A DNA stretch of 25,002 nt from Candidatus Heimdallarchaeota archaeon (GCA_021399345.1 JAAFKI010000121.1:1-25002); one strand, 5' to 3'. Positions 6,944 to 14,967 are shown, counted from the first letter of the stretch. Notes: generated by a model not told the origin, from the letters alone. Numbers and translations: made by a program.

Positions 6944-8665
6944 TTAATTATTCCTTCTCTTCATTTTAAAAGTTATATAACTTGGTACTAATGTTATTAA
7001 TCCAATCATGATAAAAAGAGATTGTATAGGAAGCTCAGGTATCACTGGCGGGAGTTCTACTATAACCCATTCTTCATTCGATGAACGATTCAAATACTCA
7101 TTAGAAGCAACAACAATATAGTAATAAATTCCAGGTGTTAAAAAGAGATCTTCATAAGTTGTTGAGCTTGTAAGAGTTGCTAGTGGAGTTAAACTAGCAA
7201 AGGAAACTATAGGTATTAGTGAACGATAAATATAATATTTCTCTGTATTCGATACTGCATTCCAATTTAGAGTGATATTACCTGTAGTACTAACACTAGG
7301 TGAAATATCATCTAATATGGGATAAGGTAATCTTAGTAGCTTTCTATAGAAAATATCTATATCGTCTCCAGAATTAGTATAATTGGTCCAATCATGCCAT
7401 ACAATATGAATATTTCCTTCATCACTCCAAGTAACATCTGGAAAAGCAGCTCCATCTGTGCTTACTGTGGATACTAGTTCAGTTGTATTCCAAGTTGAAT
7501 CTGTAGAATTCCAAAATTTATAAAAAATGTCCCAGTCAGAGTCAGTCACTAGATAGTTTGTATAATCATGCCACACTACGTGGATATTATCAACGTTATC
7601 AACAACAAGAGCTGGATTACTCGATGAATCACTGCTTTCAGAAGACACTACCTCTGTAGTGGCCCATGAGGAAGTTATAGCAGATTTCTGTCTGTGAAAA
7701 ATGTCTTGATCAGGACCTCCATAAATGTCTATTATATCCTTCCAAGCTATGTGAACATTACCTAAACTATCAACATCAATAGAAGGTGTGTCTGAATATG
7801 CATTTGAATATGTAGAAACCACTTCTGTAATGGTCCAAATTCTACTTGTTGCATTCCAGAATTTATAAAATATATCTGAATCTGATCCACAAAATGCATA
7901 ATTTGTATTATCTTTCCATGCAATATGCACATCACCCAAAGTGGTGACTACAAGGGTAGGTTCATTTGAAGCTAATGTACTCTCAGTGGATACTACTTCT
8001 GTGGAATTCCAACTCATACTTGTTGCATTCCAGAATTTATAGAATATATCTGCATCTGTACCTGAGCCTGCATAATTGGTCCAATCAACCCAAGCTGCAT
8101 GTACATTTCCATTATCATCAACAGCTAAAGACACATACGCTGAAACCGAGGTACTCTCAGTAGCTAGTACTTCTGTAGAACTCCAACTCATACTTGTTGC
8201 ATTCCAGGATTTATAAAAAATGTCATAATCTGGCATATCAAACCAAGCTACATGTACATTTCCGTTACCATCTACGGCAATAGAAGGTAGTTGACTATCA
8301 AATGTACTCTCAGTGGATACTACTTCTGTGGAATTCCAACTCTTACTTGTTGCATTCCAGAATTTATAGAATATATCGGTATCTATACCACAATTTGTAT
8401 AGTTGGTGTAGTCATACCAAGCTACATGTACATTACCATTTGAATCTACTGCAATAGAAGAGCGACCTGATAAGCCATTACTTTCTGTAGATATTACTTC
8501 TGTTGTTAACCACATAGTTTCAGTGTAGCTGCTTTCTGTGTTAATATTTTGCACTTTTGAAGATTCTATTGATGCTATCATATCTTTTGAAATCATTATA
8601 GTTACTATGAGAAATATTAGTAAAACAGGTAAGCCTATCTTTCTTATTTTCTTATTTAATTTCAC
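6944..8665 (-). CDS. Cell-surface glycoprotein: signal peptide, 7-repeat beta-propeller, FN3-like domain, C-terminal sorting motif and TM anchor
   Basis: Seven ~58-aa repeats (TEVVSTES..S..P.I.VD..GNVH.AW.D....DIFYK.WN.T..W). FN3-like segment LNW..V...YYIYRS...Y.D...G.YYY.VVA.N. Ends in IPELP + TM + KMKRR. Many NxS/T sequons. Probable start is GTG at 8665 (ORF track gives 8737). Confidence 0.8.
   Translation of the reverse strand: MKLNKKIRKIGLPVLLIFLIVTIMISKDMIASIESSKVQNINTESSYTETMWLTTEVISTESNGLSGRSSIAVDSNGNVHVAWYDYTNYTNCGIDTDIFYKFWNATSKSWNSTEVVSTESTFDSQLPSIAVDGNGNVHVAWFDMPDYDIFYKSWNATSMSWSSTEVLATESTSVSAYVSLAVDDNGNVHAAWVDWTNYAGSGTDADIFYKFWNATSMSWNSTEVVSTESTLASNEPTLVVTTLGDVHIAWKDNTNYAFCGSDSDIFYKFWNATSRIWTITEVVSTYSNAYSDTPSIDVDSLGNVHIAWKDIIDIYGGPDQDIFHRQKSAITSSWATTEVVSSESSDSSSNPALVVDNVDNIHVVWHDYTNYLVTDSDWDIFYKFWNSTDSTWNTTELVSTVSTDGAAFPDVTWSDEGNIHIVWHDWTNYTNSGDDIDIFYRKLLRLPYPILDDISPSVSTTGNITLNWNAVSNTEKYYIYRSLIPIVSFASLTPLATLTSSTTYEDLFLTPGIYYYIVVASNEYLNRSSNEEWVIVELPPVIPELPIQSLFIMIGLITLVPSYITFKMKRRNN
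7974..8377. repeat. Intragenic near-identical direct repeat (7974-8050 and 8301-8377)
   Basis: Two 77-bp copies differ at one base and lie 327 bp (two protein repeats) apart. A more diverged copy sits at about 8151-8220. Confidence 0.85.
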
Positions 8666-8760
8666 AATTTCACTTCCATTTATTTTAAAAAAATTGAAAC
8701 ATTGTACATAAGACAGAGAAATATTTAAGTGTTTCATAGTTTTCTAAATTTTGAAAAAAT

Positions 8761-9195
8761 CTATTCAATGTAGCAAACAAGAATTTCGATGTCTGTATCA
8801 GCATATACCTTTTGGATAATTTCTCTAACTTTGGGCCATTCTAACCTATCAATTCCACTTCCTATCTTAGGCATTGCTAACTTCGTAATTCTTTTTTCAT
8901 CACATATCTCTCTCATTTTCTTCAAAGCTTTGGTCATAGTAAAATAAGTAGGTTTGTGATAAACCAAGTTCTTAGTAATCAAGTTGAATACTTTTCCTAA
9001 TAGAATACATGTAGGATGTTCTAGAATTGAAGGATCTGCTTTTTCTATCTGTTTGAATTGTTCTTTTAGATTAAATTTCTTGTTGAATGGAACTGCAATA
9101 CCTCCCCCCATTACAAAATCTGAACTTATGCAGTGAACTAAATAATAATCATCTGAAACTGTAAACAGATCTTTCTTGACTTCAGAATATTCCAT
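8761..9195 (-). CDS. Macrodomain protein, TARG1/OARD1 (DarG-related) class ADP-ribosylhydrolase
   Basis: KDLF, HCISSDFVMGGGIA, NLITK...HKPTY and AMPKIGSGIDRLEW. The Lys and Asp matching the TARG1 catalytic pair are retained. Confidence 0.88.
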   Translation of the reverse strand: MEYSEVKKDLFTVSDDYYLVHCISSDFVMGGGIAVPFNKKFNLKEQFKQIEKADPSILEHPTCILLGKVFNLITKNLVYHKPTYFTMTKALKKMREICDEKRITKLAMPKIGSGIDRLEWPKVREIIQKVYADTDIEILVCYIE

Positions 9196-9248
9196 ACTTT
9201 GTAAACTTCACAGATATTTTAAAAAATTTATTCTGAATTTTGAATTTA

Positions 9249-10002
9249 CTATTTCGGATTGAAAGCGATAACCTTTGTTTTATCCAAACCAGCCTCTCTA
9301 TCTCCTATCATCCTGTGTTCCTTTTTTAATCTCACTCTAAACATATCTTCAAAGATTTTTCGTGTATAATATTGCATAATAGCAAAAGATTCCCACTCTT
9401 GTTCAATTTCACCAATTATTGGTTTAACAACCTTACCTGTATGTTGAATACATCCACCTAATTTTGGTATAATTCGTACTACTTGTTTACTATATTGACT
9501 ATACGCTTTCTTTCCACTTACTTTGGTTCCAGTTTTGTTCTGATAATCAGCTTTGTTGAGGTATTTTAGAAAATTTAACATATCTACTGGTTCATTCAGT
9601 TTTTCATTAAATAACTGTGCAAATTGCTCTTTGGAAGGAAGGTGTGGAGAGTTCAATAAGTCATAATCAACTTCTTCAGTTAGGTAGAAAGTTTTAGGTA
9701 ATATTGAAAATATTCTTCTCATCAGAATCTTAAGAGACCCTATTACTACTTGTGGGACAGGTTTAACGATAATAACCCTTAGATTGTTAAATTCTGATTT
9801 CTGTAGTTTTTTTTATAGTTTCTTGTAAAAATTTAATCCTTCTAAACTTAACAAGTAATACTTTATCCCATTCCTCTTTTCCTTTACCAATCAATTCAAA
9901 ACCATTATTACCTGACCAGAGTAATTTTCCACCTGATATGTGCGATTTGAAATTACTCTCAGTTTCTCCATTATTAAATAGAATTAAGAGAGATTTGCTC
10001 AT
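9249..10002 (-). pseudogene. Tandem DUF1330-like (dimeric alpha+beta barrel) gene interrupted by a frameshift in an A8 run
   Basis: ORFs 9787-10002 and 9249-9722 both carry the GG...W/H.G....IG....W....LV.Y/F pattern. Deleting one base from the T8 run at 9807-9814 joins them into one open 250-aa frame (..ETIKKLQKSEFNNLRVIIVKPVP..MRR). Confidence 0.7.
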
Positions 10003-10104
10003 AATGGTTTTCCATAAATTTATTTTTTATGTTTATCTAATGATGTTAGGTTCCAAAGGAAGGATTTAAAATCTGTATCGAAGAAGAGGAGAAGTAGTTA
10101 GAAT

Positions 10105-10179
10105 AGCCCTGTGGTGTAGTGGCCAAGCATTGTAGGTTTTGGCTTGCAGACGGAAGTTCGAATCTTCCTAGGGCTACCA
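10105..10179 (+). tRNA. Degenerate tRNA-Gln(UUG)-like gene with a 6-nt anticodon loop and encoded CCA; possibly a pseudo-tRNA
   Basis: Acceptor AGCCCTG/TAGGGCT + ACCA. Typical archaeal Gln D arm TGGTGTAGTGGCCAAGCAT. T arm GGAAG-TTCGAAT-CTTCC. The anticodon stem GTAGG/CTTGC has two G-U pairs and closes the loop TTTTGG. Confidence 0.8.
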
Positions 10180-10197
10180 GTTTCTTTTATCTTTCTT

Positions 10198-10926
10198 TTA
10201 CCAAGGTAACTCATTACCTTCCCAATCAAAAAACTTTCCAGTTTCTTCTATTGACAGATTATCAATTACCTTTCTCATTCCCTTTATTGATTCATAAGTA
10301 GTTAATGGTGCATTTTCTGTGTATTCCATTGTAGTTTTAACCCAACCAGGGTGAATGGAAGCAACAGTAATTCCTTCTTCTTTCAGATCTACAGAAAGAG
10401 CTTTAGTGATCATATTTAGTGCTGCCTTACTTGCACTATAGCTGTATCCTCCACCTTTACGACTTCTTCTACCTATACTCCCACTTGTTGATGAAATATT
10501 AACAATAATGGGGTTCTTTCCAGTTTTTATTAGGGGCAAAAACTTCTCAACAATCAATAATGGTGCAACAGAGTTTACTGTGAAAATCTTACCAAAATCC
10601 TCTTTATACAATCTACCCAATTCATCATTAAACTTCTCATCTCCTCCAAAGCGGATACCAGCATTATTAATCAGTATATCCAACCCATCTATTTCTTTAG
10701 AGATTAGAAAGTAAGCATTATCAATAGAATCTTTACTAGAAACATCCAAATCAACAAGAACTAGTTTCTCCCCAAATTTATCCCTTAATTCCAAAAGATC
10801 TGAATATCTGAAAGGATCTCTATTGCAGGCAATAATCTTATCCCCATTTTCTAATAACTGTCTTACAAATTCGAAACCCAATCCTCTACTACTTCCAGTG
10901 ATCAAAACTCTTCTCATGTTTTTCAT
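10198..10926 (-). CDS. Short-chain dehydrogenase/reductase, C-factor (CsgA)-like
   Basis: TGSSRGLG, LINNAG, NISS, YSASK and IHPGWVKT motifs. Confidence 0.92.
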   Translation of the reverse strand: MKNMRRVLITGSSRGLGFEFVRQLLENGDKIIACNRDPFRYSDLLELRDKFGEKLVLVDLDVSSKDSIDNAYFLISKEIDGLDILINNAGIRFGGDEKFNDELGRLYKEDFGKIFTVNSVAPLLIVEKFLPLIKTGKNPIIVNISSTSGSIGRRSRKGGGYSYSASKAALNMITKALSVDLKEEGITVASIHPGWVKTTMEYTENAPLTTYESIKGMRKVIDNLSIEETGKFFDWEGNELPW

Positions 10927-10944
10927 CTCTAATTATTTTTTTTT

Positions 10945-11655
10945 CTACCAAGGAACATCGTTTCCTTTTCTATCTAGAAATTTACCTGATTCGGATATTC
11001 CACTTCTATCTGTCAGATCTATTATTTTTGAAATCGGTTCTTCTATTTCTAGAGGTGCGTTTGAACCTCCCATATCAGTTTTTATCCAACCTGGATGAAT
11101 TGCTATTGTTGTTATACCTTGATCTCTCAAATCATTTGACAATATTTTGGTTATCATGTTGAGAGCTGCCTTACTTGCTGCATAGGAATACTTCCCACCA
11201 ACGTTTTTACTTGCTATACTTCCATTTTGAGAAGAAATGTTAATGATTTTAGCTCCTTCACTTTTTTCTAATAAGGGTAAGAATTTCTCACTCATTAGTA
11301 AAGGAGCAATTGAATTAACTAAGAAAACTTTACTGAAATCCTCTTTGTAAATTTCTCCAAGAATTGAAGATTCTTTTTCATTTCCTGAAATTATTCCAGC
11401 ATTGTTAATGAGAATATCAATGTTATCAAAATCCTTCTCAATTTTCTCAAAAACAGCATTTCTAGACTGTTCATTTACCACATCAAGTTGAACAATATTT
11501 AACTTACTAGGAAATTTAGCTTCTAACTCCTTTAGAGCATCAGCTTCTTCTGGTTTTCTACAGCTTGCTATGACAATTTCACCCTTTTTCAGATATTGCT
11601 TAGTAAATTCTAATCCCAACCCTCTGCTTGCGCCAGTAATGAATATTTTCTTCAT
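10945..11655 (-). CDS. Short-chain dehydrogenase/reductase, C-factor (CsgA)-like; tandem paralog of the adjacent gene
   Basis: TGASRGLG, LINNAG, YAASK and IHPGWIKTDMGG motifs. Start is 11655 or 11673. Confidence 0.92.
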   Translation of the reverse strand: MKKIFITGASRGLGLEFTKQYLKKGEIVIASCRKPEEADALKELEAKFPSKLNIVQLDVVNEQSRNAVFEKIEKDFDNIDILINNAGIISGNEKESSILGEIYKEDFSKVFLVNSIAPLLMSEKFLPLLEKSEGAKIINISSQNGSIASKNVGGKYSYAASKAALNMITKILSNDLRDQGITTIAIHPGWIKTDMGGSNAPLEIEEPISKIIDLTDRSGISESGKFLDRKGNDVPW

Positions 11656-11760
11656 GCAATATTTTACCGACATACCTTTATATTTACTTTCCTTGATTGT
11701 TTGAAGCGTCTACCAAAACTTTTAATTTCCCAATATCTTTCTCAACTCAACTAAGAATAA

Positions 11761-11834
11761 AGACCCATCGTCTAGTGGAAGGATACGGGATTCTGGTTCC
11801 TGTGGCAGGCGTTCAAATCGCCTTGGGTCTGCCA
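11761..11834 (+). tRNA. tRNA-Gln(CUG), intronless, encoded CCA
   Basis: Acceptor AGACCCA/TGGGTCT + G73 + CCA. D arm GTCT/GGAT. Anticodon arm CGGGA-TT-CTG-GT-TCCTG (CTG at 11793-11795). T arm AGGCG-TTCAAAT-CGCCT. Confidence 0.93.
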
Positions 11835-11836
11835 TT

Positions 11837-12313
11837 TCAACATTTTAAGCAGTTTTTCCTTAAATGAATTGTTTTTTCATCACATTTAGAACAAAAGAAT
11901 ACACTAGTTTCATCTAATTCAAAATCCTTAAGTTCTTCTTCTAAATCTTTTTTGGAATTATAGATAATAATTGCAGTATTTGGACTTCCTTCAACCATTC
12001 TAGAAAGTGGTTTACTTTTTTCATTCAATAAACATATAACAGGTATATCATACTTGTATGCGTACATTATCTCCATCCCTACTCCATGAGATGGTTCATT
12101 GACATCAGCTATTATTTTTGCTGAATCTCTTAACCAATTCATATCTCTCTCAAAAACTACCTTTGATGAAGCATCCTCCATTTTTCCAGGAACAAAAGGA
12201 TGATAACCTTGATTTTCTGAGAAATCTATAAGAAAATCTAACAAAGAGAAGTCTAATTGACTTGCTTTTATCATGGAACAAGCTATGTAAACATTCTTTT
12301 CACTTTTAATCAT
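11837..12313 (-). CDS. Nucleoside 2-deoxyribosyltransferase / DNPH1(RCL)-like N-hydrolase with a C-terminal Cys cluster
   Basis: VYIACS, FERDMNWL, ADVNEPSHGVGMEI (catalytic Glu) and LSRMVEG. Tail is CSKC-x10-CLKC. Confidence 0.8.
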   Translation of the reverse strand: MIKSEKNVYIACSMIKASQLDFSLLDFLIDFSENQGYHPFVPGKMEDASSKVVFERDMNWLRDSAKIIADVNEPSHGVGMEIMYAYKYDIPVICLLNEKSKPLSRMVEGSPNTAIIIYNSKKDLEEELKDFELDETSVFFCSKCDEKTIHLRKNCLKC

Positions 12314-12356
12314 TGAATAAAATAAAAAAAGGGAAATATAAATGTAAGTTTCAAGC

Positions 12357-13772
12357 TTAAACTGTAGCTTCTTGTTCAGCTATTTTTTGTAAACCTATCA
12401 ATGCCATCAAAGCAATTGTTGTTTCTTCGATACTTGCATTCCATAATCCCTCTTTGTCTTGAATTGCAGCTAAGTAAATAGCTGCTTTCTTTAATGGTGA
12501 AGAATCAGCTGTTTCACTTGGGAGGAGGGCTTGGATCACATATCCTGTTGTACCAATATTAGCTGCCCAGGATCCTTCGATGAACTGGGTACCTACAACA
12601 GCTTGTACAAATTGTTGTCTTCTTGAAGGTGCTCTTCTAATATCTTGCAGTGATAACATCATCCTAGCAAACATTTCTATCGGAGTTTTTCCTGTTTGTG
12701 ATGTGGAGAATCGAGCATAACCTCTCTTAATTACAATGTCAATTGAAGCAGAGAATAAATTAGCCATCTTATCTAGCAATTTAATATTTCCTGTTATATC
12801 TCCCACATAGCTCATAATGATGTGCAAAGGAGTTGTTCTAGAACGAAGATTCGAAGTGAATCTATTCAATTTGTTTATGAAATCCCATTCTGTTTCTTCA
12901 AAAATAGAATCAACGAAATCATCAACTAAATCAGTTCTTGAATCGAAAATTGTTGGGTCAAAAAGACTTAGAGCATATAAAATGAAGAATTGTTCGTATG
13001 AATTATCAATAGTTTCAGCTGTTTCGACAATTGCTTTTAGACTTTCGATTGATTTACCGAGAGTTACTGTTTTCTTACCTTCTTCTGTATTTATTATCCA
13101 TTCAGTATCCTCATTATACCCCAATTTACTAAATAGTTCTAAAACACAAGCTGTTTCAAATGTTGGACTAAAATCTCCCCAAAATCCTTCTTCAGTTACT
13201 CTTCGTTTCAAGGCATTCAACCCTTTGGTAACAGCTTTATCTATATGTAGATCACCCAACTTTTTGTTCTCTAAACTTTTTTCAAGGATAGAAAATTGGT
13301 ATTCTAGTCCAAAAGTATTTGATCTATCGGTTCGTGGAATTGAAAACAAGAAATAAGCTGTTTCAATTACATTCAGCAGAAAGAACAAGACTATCAAAGC
13401 TATACTCTGTGGATGAACTTCTGGAGGAACTAAAGTATAGAAGCCTGGAATACTAGCATAAAGAATTATGACAACTAATGAGAGAAATGATAAAACTGAC
13501 ATCAATTTATTTGTATTTTCACCAAAAATGTCTATGAAGTAGTGATTTTCTATATAACTAAGAATAAGTACTAACTCAAAGAAGAAACCTAGTGGAAAGA
13601 AAATATATTTTCCTGTTGAACCAATTGGAGCAAAGGTTATAACGTATAAATAGACTAAAGTGATAGCAAAAACGGTTATACCGAAAACTAGTGTCTCGAT
13701 TAATCTTCTAAGACCAATCTGTTGTCCAAACTTAAGTACCCTCGAATAAATACGGTAAGTTTCTTGAGTCAT
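12357..13772 (-). CDS. Membrane protein (4 TM) fused to a prenyltransferase/squalene-cyclase-like alpha-alpha barrel
   Basis: Four N-terminal TM segments and QW-like repeats EEGFWG, QFIEGSW and QDKEGLW, each followed by a T...(A)L helix. Confidence 0.6.
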   Translation of the reverse strand: MTQETYRIYSRVLKFGQQIGLRRLIETLVFGITVFAITLVYLYVITFAPIGSTGKYIFFPLGFFFELVLILSYIENHYFIDIFGENTNKLMSVLSFLSLVVIILYASIPGFYTLVPPEVHPQSIALIVLFFLLNVIETAYFLFSIPRTDRSNTFGLEYQFSILEKSLENKKLGDLHIDKAVTKGLNALKRRVTEEGFWGDFSPTFETACVLELFSKLGYNEDTEWIINTEEGKKTVTLGKSIESLKAIVETAETIDNSYEQFFILYALSLFDPTIFDSRTDLVDDFVDSIFEETEWDFINKLNRFTSNLRSRTTPLHIIMSYVGDITGNIKLLDKMANLFSASIDIVIKRGYARFSTSQTGKTPIEMFARMMLSLQDIRRAPSRRQQFVQAVVGTQFIEGSWAANIGTTGYVIQALLPSETADSSPLKKAAIYLAAIQDKEGLWNASIEETTIALMALIGLQKIAEQEATV

Positions 13773-13838
13773 CAGATTAAACTTATATTACTTAATATAA
13801 AAAAATTGCTGATAGAGGAAAAGTAAAATATGAATATT

Positions 13839-14180
13839 TTAGGCGAACACATAACCAAGTATAATTATTATTGCACTGATTACTGTTATGGTTCCAAAAA
13901 TCCAAACCCATTCTTTAAATAATTTTTCAGCTTCTTCTGGTTTATCTCTTTTCTTCATTCTAAAAGAAGCAGCAATTCCTGCTAAACCTAAAGGATAGAG
14001 AATAAAAACAATATTAACAGCATTGAATATTCTACTTAGAAAAACAGAAACAAATGAAACTAAGAAAAGAACTATTCCGACAATAGAGATTAAATCCAAA
14101 ATCTTATCTCCAAAATCTACTTTTCCATATTCCTCTTTAACAGTTTTAAGTGTTTTAACAACGTTTTGTCGTATGTTCAT
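13839..14180 (-). CDS. Small 3-TM membrane protein
   Basis: 113 aa with three hydrophobic segments, co-oriented with its neighbours. Confidence 0.65.
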   Translation of the reverse strand: MNIRQNVVKTLKTVKEEYGKVDFGDKILDLISIVGIVLFLVSFVSVFLSRIFNAVNIVFILYPLGLAGIAASFRMKKRDKPEEAEKLFKEWVWIFGTITVISAIIIILGYVFA

Positions 14181-14269
14181 TGTTTTCCCCTATTTTATGC
14201 TCTCGACTTAAAGACTAATAATCTATTTATAAATCTTCTTTTCTCTTCGGAAAATTTGATGTACATTTT

Positions 14270-14641
14270 CTATTCAATACTCTCTATTCTTACTCCCGAG
14301 GACATTGTCAATGATGTGAAGATTTTCATGCCTTTTGTTATGGTCCCAATGTTTGCCATCTTAGAATCAAATCGTTTCTCTTCAAGAAGTACTATTATTG
14401 CCTTGGCTTTTGAATCGTAAATAATATCCCCCTTTCTCCCGGAAATTGCAGGTTTTTCAATAGTATAAAGAACATTTGTTGGGATTACAAACATTCCATC
14501 TCTTACTAAACCACGAGAAGTTATAGGTAAATTTCGATTAATGATTTCTGTTAAGTGAGGACCTTTGATGCGAATCAATTCTCCCTCTGCTTCACCCTTA
14601 CCAGGAAGAGTAAATTTGATGTTATATCTGTCTCCTATCAT
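14270..14641 (-). CDS. Cyclophilin-like fold protein (DUF369/DUF3830-like)
   Basis: EL....P.....I...LP, KGDIIY....AI.V and IG.I..G pattern of archaeal cyclophilin-like proteins. Confidence 0.6.
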   Translation of the reverse strand: MIGDRYNIKFTLPGKGEAEGELIRIKGPHLTEIINRNLPITSRGLVRDGMFVIPTNVLYTIEKPAISGRKGDIIYDSKAKAIIVLLEEKRFDSKMANIGTITKGMKIFTSLTMSSGVRIESIE

Positions 14642-14769
14642 TTCGTTTCTTCTGAATCTGAACCCATATTTATATTATTTGTTTGAAAGCGAAGAAAATT
14701 AGACAATAAATAAATAGTTAGTTGATATAATATATAATATCTAAAGAAAATGTTTCATAGTTGAGTAGG

Positions 14770-14967
14770 ATGAGTCGCTATATAACTCCCAAAGTAGATG
14801 TGAAAGAGCTGATTTTCGTTTCGGAAGAAGAATCTGAAGTAAAATGCGGTAAATGTAATAAACCGATGTTTTTCACAATTTATTATAAGGAGAAAGAAAC
14901 TTATGATTTTATGGTTTGTAAAGACTGTGAGATATATATGCAGAGAATTATCATAGATGATGACTAG
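14770..14967 (+). CDS. Small zinc-ribbon protein
   Basis: CGKC...CKDC knuckles. ATG at 14770. Confidence 0.6.
   Translation: MSRYITPKVDVKELIFVSEEESEVKCGKCNKPMFFTIYYKEKETYDFMVCKDCEIYMQRIIIDDD

Noticed and set aside
7840-8400. Repeated DNA motifs resembling a CRISPR array
   Set aside because: The repeats are in-frame coding repeats of the propeller protein with ~150-175 bp periodicity, and there are no cas genes.
6299-10179. Integrated element bounded by the two tRNA-Gln(UUG) copies as attL/attR
   Set aside because: The 3' ends differ (CTCCCAGGGACTACCA vs CTTCCTAGGGCTACCA), both genes are full length, and no integrase or other mobile gene is present.
10119-10301. 60-aa ORF in the track
   Set aside because: It overlaps the tRNA gene and is antisense to an SDR, so it is spurious.
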